Shown here piece after piece: positions 1 through 11,052 of a stretch of 23,123 bases of DNA. A model generated the notes under the pieces. That model saw nothing but the letters and a program-made list of their open reading frames with translations. It made no database searches and was not told where the DNA came from. This DNA comes from Trichoplax sp. H2. Lineage: Eukaryota. Both the position numbers and the translations under genes were made by a program. The stretch lies in NCBI GenBank assembly GCA_003344405.1, contig NOWV01000257.1:62001-85123 (forward strand), read 5' to 3'. Position 1 is the stretch's first letter; the number at the start of each line of letters is the position of its first letter.

Positions 1-2665
1 GCCCGGGGTGGCTGTGTACCGGGGGGGGTACCTCAGGCATGAGGTAGGGGTAAAACACCTTTCGCCATTTTCATGCTACCTACTTGACCCACTCGTACAG
101 GGCTGCAAGTCGCAGTCTGTGTATGTGTATATGCTCCCAAAAGGGATCAGCGTCGGACAATAATTATTCAGTATACACCCTACAGCAAGGACAGTACGCC
201 TCCAGTCAGAAGAGTGAGCCCAAGCAATTGCAAAAGTTTTGAAATCTCCTCGTCTATCCGCCCTGCAAATCATCATCAAGTTCAATCACTTCTAGTCTGC
301 AATGGATACAAGACATGGTAGGTAACTAAAGCTAAAATAGATTGGATGGAAAGCAAATCACGATCTGCCATGACCAACCCACATTGCCACCCTGGTCGGT
401 ACTTTATAGACTACAGTACTGGCGTAGACCTAGCCCAGGGGGACAATTTAACCATCTCACCCACCCCAATGCTACCCTCAGTCTACGGTGTAGTGGGTAC
501 TCGATTCTACCCGCTTGAATGGGCTCTTGCTACCGTTATGTAGATAAACGATAAACGATGCTGTAAAGTAGCCGCTAACCTCGTCGATGATTACTATTTG
601 CATCTATCCTTGCTAGCCTATCTTCCCTTAGGACAGACTTTTTATCCTCCTTTTTTACTCAGTAGTCCTACCATCGACAAGGAATGACAGAGATGCGACA
701 TAGACGCGTATACGCCACCCTTACAAGCGTCCGTCGACATAGAAATGCAACACATACGTGCTGATGAATTAATTAATTAATGAATTATACCAAAAGAAAT
801 ATTTTATTTTATAGGATAAGGACGATGGTAATAGGGAAATACTGCTGCTGTTATATACTTTTAGAATAGTTTCTTTCTACTTTGAGGGTAGTCGTGATAT
901 TATTGTCGCTATGCAAAGGCAGAATGGCAACGTACGTCTCTCATAAATGATAATCGCTTGACGTAAAAGTAGACAGTTTACGGAGTAGACGCATAGTTGA
1001 CATAGCACAGCGTATCCGGAAAGTAAATCCTAATAGGATATACTGTACAACAGTTTTACATCCGTGATATCTGTTTTTTGTGTATCAAATCAGCGAAGAG
1101 AATACGGTGTATCACTGGACTATGCTACAAGCAAGCTGATATGGATGGATACAGAGTAGAATAGTAAAAGTAGCATGGGTAGTCAACGATGCTCGATTTT
1201 CTCCTTATCCATTTCCTACTTCTGTCATCATTGCTCGATCCAATAAACATTGTTCAACGTTAATAAAGAATCATCAACATCCATATTACTGATGAATTGA
1301 AATTAGAAATGAAATGATCGACCTTATAATTCAATAGCAATGATTGGATATTTTACATCAATCTGATCGGGATAATATAAATGTAATAGGTAGGTAAGCA
1401 TCTTCTCGCGTTACTCAATAGCCCTTGCAGTGCATTTAACTCGAATGATAACTTAAGATACAGCACTATCCTAAAGAATTAATCACTTTATAAGAAAATA
1501 GACTTCAACATAAAATTCACCAATCAACTATCTATTAGACCTAGTAGAGCTATTAGCTCGCTTCTGATCAATTTGACTGGATAATTGGATATTGAGGCTG
1601 ATTGCCGTTCAATATCTGTATATGTAAATCCCATTCTTCCAAGGTATAGATTATAGAATAGCTGCCTGTGCGACCGACGCCCAAAAGCCCTAATATTTCA
1701 ATTGATGATTATATTAATAAACTTACAATATTGTCACCTCCGTGAAATGAATTTATCGCCTTGTCTAGAAGGGAGCGCATTAGCAATGTTCGATCAATTT
1801 TCGTCAATATACAAGCGTCTAATATACCCATAACGAGAAAGACTAATATCGAAATCATTCTATAATTTAGTAATAACCTCATTTATCCAATGATAGAAAA
1901 ACAGCTGCATCAAATATTAGCTTAATAGCTTAATTACAGTTAATAGAAGAATACTCTTGTTAATACAAACAAGTAGAACATTTCAATATCTACCAAAATA
2001 TTTGATCATAGTGTACTTTAGTCAACATTCGCCACGAAAGTTATATCGAGTAGTCCACTTGATATGGCTTTCCTGCTAGGATTTCTTAATATGAAGATCG
2101 TTGATGTTTCAATATAAGTTATTAATAATTGGCTATTTATCTTACAGTACTTACATTAATACAGCAATAATTTACCTACAGATCGTAACAATATTATTCG
2201 AAAATATCGCGTAGGACATACAGTACTATGAGCTCGTTTATCAGTTACTGCGGTATCTACGACGATCTATTAAGATCATGTTCGTATTTAGTATTTTTGT
2301 GATGGGTGCATTCTTTACCATCCATTACACGATAGTTTACACCAAATTTTATAAAGTGCTTAATAAATTTAAATTCACAGTGCTGTTATTTAGTTACTGA
2401 TGACAAATTGAATAATATTAAAGCAATTCTTGTCCTGCATTACTTTCAATTCAGTCATACAAATCAATTTATTTTACTGTATGTAAGACCAATAATAATT
2501 AACCATAGCAGTTAAAAATAAAAAATTTTATTTGGGACTAATATCTTAAAAATTAATTAAAATGATGTTAAGCTTTCATGGCAATTCTAGTTCTCTATTG
2601 TATTACTTGCTAAAACGTATAGATTGATCCTGACTAAAATTTATTCCTTTTTCTGACAACTGCAG

Positions 2666-5574
2666 GAAGGAATCGCGATGAAAAATCCAATGAAAATAGG
2701 CAGCAAAAGTTACTTTCGGTAAGATACGCTAAATTAACAATCTTCTTTAATAATATAATTCCAATCTGTGATATTAACAAAAAAATTTCATCATAATTTA
2801 TGCTGCAAGATCAAGTATTTATATTGTTTTCATTCATCTCTGTCAATGACCTTTTTAATAGCAAAGTCACTTAACATCTATATCAAACTATATCTCACCA
2901 AGTAGCGATCGAAATCAAAAGCAATTCAAGCAGGTACAGTTATCGCAACATTGAATAAGATGTTACTATAACGACAGACAGGATAGATTAGATATCTTTT
3001 AAATTTTCCCATCTAATTTCAAACATATCAGTTGAATTAATTTTTCAAGAGTGTAAATCAGAAAAGCCATTGCTACTATCGATAACATCTATATTATACA
3101 CCTAAAGTATCGTAAATAAACGCAAATCTTAAATTTTGATATTTTTCCTCTTTCAACATACGTATTCTATGAACTAGGAAAATACAAGAGGGTCATCAAC
3201 GAAAGAGAGAACCGATCAACATGAGGTAGTTGTTACATAAACTGAGTGCTCAATATGTTAGTGTTCTATACCCTTCACATGCATTATGATTAAAACTGCA
3301 GATATAAAATTCTCGTGATCAAATTATAATCGGTATTAAAAATAAAACTTATAGTTAGTATTAACTGCTAATTATAGCAGAAATTACAGCATAATATAAC
3401 CCGTCAAACTTTACTGCGTACGCATATAATACATATTCGAAAGATAGAGCATTACCTTTTTGCTATCATTAGTAATTTTATATGGTATTTATTTATCTGA
3501 CAGACACGGCATAGAAGGGACCAATTCAATGAACGATACTCATACTCTGGAGGCGGCAGGCAATCAGAAGGACGATATGATAGGGTAATTTATACAATTA
3601 ATGATGTATCATTTAAGCTAATGTAATATTTCAAGTCTGATTCAGCCTATAATTTATCCATATGATATAAGATATCGATTTTAATTTAATTAAATTTAAG
3701 CTGAATACGAAATTATTTTTTACCTATGTTTCATCTAAATTTCATCATAATAGGGCGAAGATCCCCCTGCGCGTCAAGTAAAACTTCGCAACTCTCATCC
3801 ACGACAGGTATGCATATCAATGCAGACTAATTATCTGCTGAAAAGTTTCGACTAAAAATAAAAAAGATATTACCGAATATTGCTATTACATAACTATCAA
3901 AATACTGTAGTAGAGCTATCTAATACGCGAATTTTTATTACAACCTAGAGGAAAACTAGTACTGAAGGAAGAAATGAAAATTTTCAATCAGATGCTTCAG
4001 AAACACGAAGAGTTATGGAAATTCGTTTAGTCAGAGTTAGTACTCCATGATAGATAACAAAAACTTAATACAGTAGATGTAGTGACATAATATTTTTATT
4101 AATTTTGTAACTATATTAATAATGCATATCACTACTATACCGGTTAAATTTAGTCGAATAGATGCATGATGCGGTTATCATATATGACTTAACTGAATAA
4201 TTTTACGCAATTATTCGTTTATTGCGCGTTTATTCTAATAAATTAGGATGAGCAAGGAGGTAAACGTATCGTGAAATTGTATGAGCCTGAAGAAGAAAAT
4301 AGCCCAAACGACTATCAAAGAGAACAGGTACGTCTAGTCTAATTTTATTAAATCCTGTATTTCATTATTGTTTCTTCCAAAGTCGGAATACTTTAGCTTT
4401 TTGTAGGATATTTTAAGTTGTTGAAAAGTTATCAAGACTTTTAGTTTTAAATCTAAAATTCTTTCATCGTAATGTTGAATTTCAGCCAAAACGGGAAAGA
4501 CGGCAAGAAATCTCTAACTCAGATAGATCGAATTATAGATATTCAGATCGATTGGCTGACGAAGAAAGGGACTATCAAAATTATAACAATAATGCTCATC
4601 GAGATAATAATTACAACCATGCACATCGTCGAGGAAAAGATAGAGGTGGTGGTAGACGTAACGACAGATATAGACAACCAAATCGATATAAAGAAAGCGA
4701 CAGAAATGACGGAAACGACTATGCTACAACACAAACAGATCGCAACGAAACAGATGAAAGGCAAAATCGGCAAGAAAGAGAGTATCAAGATTATGATGAG
4801 CAGCAAGATGACAATTACAACTATGCATATCGTCGAGGAAGAGATGGTGGCGGTAAAGGACGTAACGACAGATATAGACAGCCAAATCGATATAAAGAAA
4901 GCGATAGAAATGACGGAAACGACTACGATACCACACAAGTAGATAGTAACGAAACAGATCGACGGCAAAGTCGGCAAAACAGATATTCAAATCGACCATA
5001 TAACAGAGGTTATCATCAAAATTGGAATGATGATAGGGATTATTCCCGTAATGATCGTCGAGATCGAAATTGGCAACCAAGAGATAATAACAACTACAAT
5101 AATTCATACTCAAGAAATAAAGAATGGAGATATCACGATGATGAAAGGTACGCAGATCAAAAAACAGCAGATGACTATGATCAGTCTACGCAAGTTGAGA
5201 AAACTCCTGCTGATTTAGCTGTAGAAGAAACTGCTGATGGGCGTTTCTTTTTTCCTGACAGCAAAAATAAAGAAAGAGGAGGTGGACGTCCAAATTATCG
5301 TGGTGCTCCACGCTCTCAACGTGGTGGTGGTCGAGGTCGAGGTCGAGGTCGAGGTCGTCGTGGTCGAAACCAAAACAGACCTCGCGATCAAACAGACAAC
5401 AAGCAAGATATAAACCCGGACGATAAAAATGATCAAGATGCTGCATCTCCCACGGATAAACGTAAGCAAGATGATGATACACTTAACAAATCCGATGATT
5501 CAGGTGAGTTTCCGCCGATATTTGACAGCAATAATGCACCTGAAGTGGGCGACTGGGCCGACTACGATCAATAA
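2666..5574 (+). CDS. Multi-exon, low-complexity R/G/D/N-rich (RG/RGG) intrinsically disordered protein, probable RNA-binding; 5' end not located
   Basis: AG/GT-bounded exons join in one open frame: 2666-2718, 2862-2933, 3178-3225, 3504-3584, 3754-3807, 3949-4035, 4247-4327, 4486-5574 (TAA). All seven introns are phase 0. Peptides include TRHRRDQFNERYSYSGGGRQSEGRYDR and GGGRGRGRGRGRRGR, and the C-terminus is EVGDWADYDQ*. The first visible exon starts in phase 1, so at least one upstream exon is missing. ORF 4552-5574 is part of the last exon. Confidence 0.85.
4564..4977 (+). repeat. Intragenic tandem duplication, period about 204 nt (68 aa), in the last exon
   Basis: cgtaacgacagatatagaca occurs at 4657 and 4861. 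RNDRYRQPNRYKESDRNDGNDY is encoded twice, with similar flanking sequence. Confidence 0.9.
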
Positions 5575-7108
5575 ACACAAAATGAAAGATCCTCCATTAG
5601 GAAATGTTACGTCAAAGCACCTATCCATATCAAAATTTAACCATCACTGTGTATTTTATACGACAGCTGTACCAATTAGATCTTATTTGCATTACCAATC
5701 TTTATTTCAAGTATGTATGTGATCATTAACATAGATGGTTTGCTATATAGTGTACCTATACCTATTCTATTCTGATTCATTGCTAACGATTTTGATGTCA
5801 AGACATTGCTAAACCTTTATGCTTCTTTGCCAACTTATTAATTGTGAACTAACTTATGTGTACCATGTACAACATACATATACGCAACTAGCGTAAGTTG
5901 TTTAATATATGAAGATAAGTTTATGAGACGTTTATGTTATGGCAGAAATCATGGCATTTTTATGCTAATTTAAATGGATTCCATAATCATATCAATGATA
6001 AATCAAGTACATTCCGCTATTTAATCGAGGAGGGTATCGTGTAGATGATGTACATAAATGAATATACTAGTACTTTAGCTTGTAACATTGTGTGCTAAAT
6101 TAATCGCAGACAATTTGCTATTCTTATTATTATGTGATTTATGACTCTCGTAAATAAATTTGTAGTCATTGAGAGATAAGTGGTATAAAGTTTATATCGG
6201 CGGACGCACGAATAAGTCTTAATGTTACTTATTTAGGAAAAAATACAAAGCTACTGTAACCCCACTTTAAAAACAATTAACTATTTTCATTATACTCTTA
6301 CAAGTAATACTCGGCCCCAGCTATATCGAGTAAGCGTCTTTATCATAAGGCAATCACAAAATAAGGTAATAAACACTCATTTTTTTGCTTTGTATTTAAT
6401 TTTCAAATTTATACATTTCAGGTAAAAATTTATATACAACGATATAAAAGTAAGTAATTGAAAATGAGTCTATTAGATGTACACAAGATATACAATGCTA
6501 AAATGCAGTAGATTTAGCCAATAGTAACTATCCAAATCGATACTCGACCAAATAGATTCGTCTTTGTTTTGAAACACTTTTTTACAGCACGATGTATTTC
6601 AAATTACACCGCGTGATCTATGTTACATTACCTATTTCCATATCAGCACATGTACCTATTGCCATGATGCAATATCAGTAATTAAATGATTATCTCATTA
6701 GTTTAATTGATGCTGTATTTTATAACACAATTCTGATCAAAAAACAAACAGCTACACCTCTTCAATAGCTATCAGGAACTACGTAAATGCCTAATCAATT
6801 GATATTACATTGTTCATGATGCCGTATTGGAAAGTGATCACTATAATAATAATTACCCTTTATATATAGCAGTAATCGAGCAACCACGTTTACATTTTTA
6901 GCTCAAAAAGTTAAAATTCACGAATACAGCAACTTTTAACGTTAAAATAAGCTTGATCCATTTGCTTTTAGCATTAACGATATTTTCCTTTATAAATTTA
7001 AATAGAATACCTTCCAGAACCATAAATTCGAAAGATCAATTAGTAAAATAGTCATAAATGACAATTTTTTTATTGAAACGTAGCTAGAATTTGCGTGATC
7101 ATACTTCA

Positions 7109-9533
7109 TTATGTTGCAAGTGCCATCAGTAATTCTTCATCTTCAATCGTTAAACCTAGATCATGAGTCCCATCTTGATCATTAAATAAAGTAATTGTCG
7201 TACCAGATTGCATATCTTGAACACTACCAGCTTTGCTATTAGCTAATTTAAAAGAACACGTTGCAACACTATTTTCGCTCGAAGGAGTTAAATTGTCTCC
7301 ATTTTCAATAGAGCAGGCATCACTAGGGATTCCTGGACACTCTTGGGTGCACCTTATCAACATTTCATCACTAACACTTTCATCCCAAATAGCATCATCC
7401 GCTACGGCCAATAAAATATCATCGGCGATGCTTGTATCATGGTCTTTTATCATATTGGTATTACCGCTTGCTTCATTCCTTGTAAAGGCCTCTGGAACTG
7501 TATCATCTAGTATATCAGTCTCGCTAAACAGCTCCAAATCTGTCAGCGTATGATCTGACTTGCTTGCCTCAATTGGGACGCTATAAGGCTTTTCTAAGAC
7601 GGATTTTGAAGTATTTACATCGGTGTTTACGCACTTTGTAGGACAAGCTACACGCGTTACAGAATTTAAATGTTCCTTATCATCGTTACCAGAATGTAAC
7701 AAGTGTACCAATTCAACTTTAGTACCTTCTGTATGTGATTGAACATGATTTGCAACAGGATTTCTCCGTAAATTGACATTTTCATTATTAGATCTGCATA
7801 CACTATCATCATTTCTAACTCTTTTGTTGCAACTTGGGCTTTCCCCGACTATCGGCAAGTGTGGTTGGAACATCGAATCGCTACCATTTGCGTTTCCCTT
7901 TTTAACATCAAGACCATTACCTAAGCATGATTCAGTACCTTCTATTTCATTATATTTCCTAATTGGCGTAACTTCAGTTTCGTTTCGACACGTTGGTGCT
8001 TGACTGTGACAATTAACATTCGTACATTTCACGTTAGAAATCATGACATCAAATATTCTGTATGGGTTTCGTGACATCATTCCGATAAAGGTAAACTTAA
8101 ATACTAAAATAATACTTACCAAAGTTTCTGCAATTGTATCCTTTCGTTTACATTGATATTGGCTGTATCGTCAGAATTATCTAAATCCTTTACGACTTCT
8201 CGCAGTTTTTCTAAAAACTTATCATTTTTATTTTCTCTCGATTTTCTGAATAATTTTCTATATAAAGAATTAGGCCAAACGCAACCGTTTAAGTTATTTA
8301 CAATCAAAGCAACAATTTATTTACACACATACAGTAAGTCAATGAAAGTTTTTATTTGGCATTTGACTGCATTACTAAAATTGTAAATCAAAACATATTG
8401 GCGATAGCGTTTACAAAATCTAGAACTGCTAACTCTAAAACAGTTATAGCCAGATAATATGCTTTTACCTGGTTTTAGAAGTTTTCACTAATTGAACATC
8501 GATATTTTCATCCCTCTGATTTTCTTTATTCATCCAGATGCCTAATAGTGGAGTCTTAGGCCTTTGTCGTAACTGGCTATTTTTCTGTGTAACGTTATAA
8601 TGAAATGTCATAATTTTGTTACAATTGATTCGTAACAGTAAGTACAGCAACACCAGTTCAATTTGAATTATTTTAACACGACTAGGGGCAAGAGTACTTA
8701 TGGTATCATGCAGTACCCTGCTAAGGGTACATTTTAGCTATTTAGTAAAACTACATGCATATTCGTGTAAACCAACTTAAAAATGGTTGACACTTACGTA
8801 GCGATCAAAAGGCTACTCATCAAATAACACTAATTTTTCTATACGTATAATAATAATTTAAATAAATTAATATTTAGCATTGCCTATAAGTTATCTCTTA
8901 ACATCTTACGTTGGAGCTTGTTTTTGATAATACCCGAACCAAGTCCGAAACAGAGCTACTACGACGATTATGGCTACCTAGCGTTAACCTTTTAAGCTTT
9001 TTACCTATAAGATAATTTAAGGAATAAGCATAACTGTTCAACAATACAGTATAATCACCAAAGTAATCGAACGATCTATTTTGTTACAATCTTTTCGCTG
9101 TACTGCTAACATCAATAGTTGCTATCATTTTCAATTACAACTCTATAACCTCTATCGATAGCTCATTAAACTCAAGTAATAAAAATTTCATGGTAATTAT
9201 AACTATATCTTCTAACCTTTGGATAGAACGCATCGAATGGGGCTTGGACTACTGCTATCCCATGTTATTTCAGTTTCTTGATCTTTACTAGAGGACTGTG
9301 TATTCTGCAGAGGGCCTAAATTTAAAAATAAAAATAACATATTTACAATTTATCAACATTTAGACACCTGCTGGTGATTCACTAGATACAGTATCAGTAA
9401 AAACTAATCAACACAGGCATTACTAAGCCCTGAATAATTTCCTTCGTAAATTCTATCATTTACTAGCAAAAGGTGAGGTAATTGTTCCATTTGAGCTAGG
9501 ACTGGTCTCGGCCTTCTTGCTTCGGGTAATCAT
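7109..9533 (-). CDS. ETAA1: ETAA1-like protein (putative ATR-activation domain plus acidic disordered tail), about 470 aa
   Basis: Minus-strand exons 9533-9464, 9315-9217, 9004-8910, 8584-8469 (or 8829-8798 plus 8576-8469), 8257-8120 and 8003-7109 splice in frame. N-terminus: MITRSKKAETSPSSNGTITSPFASPLQNTQSSSKDQETEITWDSSSPSPIRCVLSKGKKLKRLTLGSHNRRSSSVSDLVRVLSKTSSN-KNSQLRQRPKTPLLGIWMNKEN...DKFLEKLREVVKDLD. This is colinear with the human ETAA1 blocks as I recall them: SFSSP / DIFWDQNSP / GKGRKK / ISHIVNRI / MLDMWIGE / EEELMKLAKQFD. The frame stays open upstream of the ATG to about 9630, so the true start may lie further 5'. The last acceptor (8003) was chosen for a ttctaac branch-like motif and frame compatibility. 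Confidence 0.72.
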
Positions 9534-11052
9534 TGGGTTACCTACTAAACAACACCTCTTCCGGCTATTCTGCCATTCAAACCGGAGCTGAGAAAAGATT
9601 TTGTTATGATCATTAGAACATTGTACATTGCTAAATCAATATCTTATATGATAATTATGTGATTACCGTTTCAAATTATGATTTAGCAATATTCTATACG
9701 TGCATCAGATTACTGATTACTAAAGGAATAGGACATTTTATTCTAGTAGTCTTTAGTCAGATTAAGAATATGAGTTCTAAACACTTTCATTGTCATGTAT
9801 GAAGCGCTAAGAATGATTACATCTGCACCTATCCATTTTCATGGTATAAAACACGTGCAATTGTTATAAATCATTTCCAATTTCCAACTTGTTTAACAAC
9901 TATGACTCTGATCCTACCACCAAGAACCGTTAGTATACACACAGATGGCTACTACGTTCACTGTTGAAACTCAATGGCAAGATTGTATGTCAACGTTATT
10001 CCGTTTACTGTATTACGTTCATACTAAGCTATAGCGGTTTGTCATTAACACCTGTCTTTTTCAACGTTGAAGTGTTACCACAGAAAATTAGTATCGCATG
10101 TACAGATCAACATCTAAACGAACAGCACTACCAGGCTGAAAGAATGAGCAACCGCTTCGTTTATTAGTGTGCCAGACTTGAAGATAATGCATAGTTCAGA
10201 TTTTTTTTTCCTTTTTATTATTTTAATCATTTTACCGCTCTAACTAAGTCTAAAAATGAACTACAGTACAGTATTTCTGTTAAATATTGCTGCCGTTTCA
10301 GTAGTGTAATTATTGCGTGGGGATGATCCATTTCATCAATGATTTTCATTGTATTTAGCTGTATACCACTTTTTTGAACTTTTTCATAGCAACAATATTG
10401 CAATGGTCTACAGGTACTGTTCATGCCATCTAGCTTGAATGTACTCCATTGATTTAGTGAAAGACTAAACAGACGAAGAACTGATATCAAGTTTCCTTGT
10501 TCTTAGTTGATCATGTCTCATCATCAGTTAGTCTATATCATTCGCGGAGTCAAGTATGGATCGATGTTCCTATTGAACATCTAAGTAAAGGACTGATGGT
10601 CTATTGATGTTGATCTAGTTTATTTTATAGCCGATTATCCTGATGTTGTCGTTATGATAAATTGGAGTGGAGTTTACTTCTAGGACTTGATAACATTACT
10701 GTCCTAGAGTCGTCTTAACGTACAGTGATCCAACTCGTAAGGTGTTAGTTGAGTTATAAACAACCATGATAAAAGTAATTGGAATTTTGTTATTCAAACG
10801 TACTATGCCAGTTAGGATAGCGTTAGCCTAACATTCTATCGTAGAAATAGGATCTATTTTGTCTCTACTAACATTATTTATCATTTCATATTGGTGATTA
10901 CTATTTGAACATCATGATAAACTCTGTCCTGCTTACGGCATACTTACCCAGTGATTTTGCTTTGAAGGTAGCCACAAATGGATAAAAAAAGAGACAACTT
11001 GAATTTTCCCCAAGTTAAAGAATCATTGAGCCAATTTACGTCAACGTATTAA

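Noticed and set aside
254..296. Minus-strand AG-preceded mini-frame LEVIELDDDLQGG* (SUMO-interacting-like motif with terminal GG)
   Set aside because: Only 13 codons, and I could not link a phase-compatible upstream exon, so it may be chance.
1170..2120. Exon-like minus-strand fragments (for example ACILTKIDRTLLMRSLLDKAINSFHGGDNI ending at a GTAAGT donor near 1726)
   Set aside because: Neighbouring fragments have stops or incompatible phases and no recognisable domain. It may be a decayed gene but cannot be supported.
4472..5722. Overlapping ORFs in other frames and on the minus strand (for example the hydrophobic 4543-4977 ORF)
   Set aside because: These are shadows of the repetitive R/D/N-rich coding exon. 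Only the 4486-5574 frame joins the upstream exons.
8004..8122. N-terminal MVSIILVFKF... of ORF 7109-8122 as a signal peptide, and the CAG acceptor at 8058
   Set aside because: This stretch begins at a GTAAGT donor and is intronic. Use of the 8058 acceptor would create TG|A, a stop codon.
9964..10490. ORFs 9964-10167 (+) and 10227-10490 (-)
   Set aside because: Short, with non-ATG starts, no motifs and no consistent splice partners.
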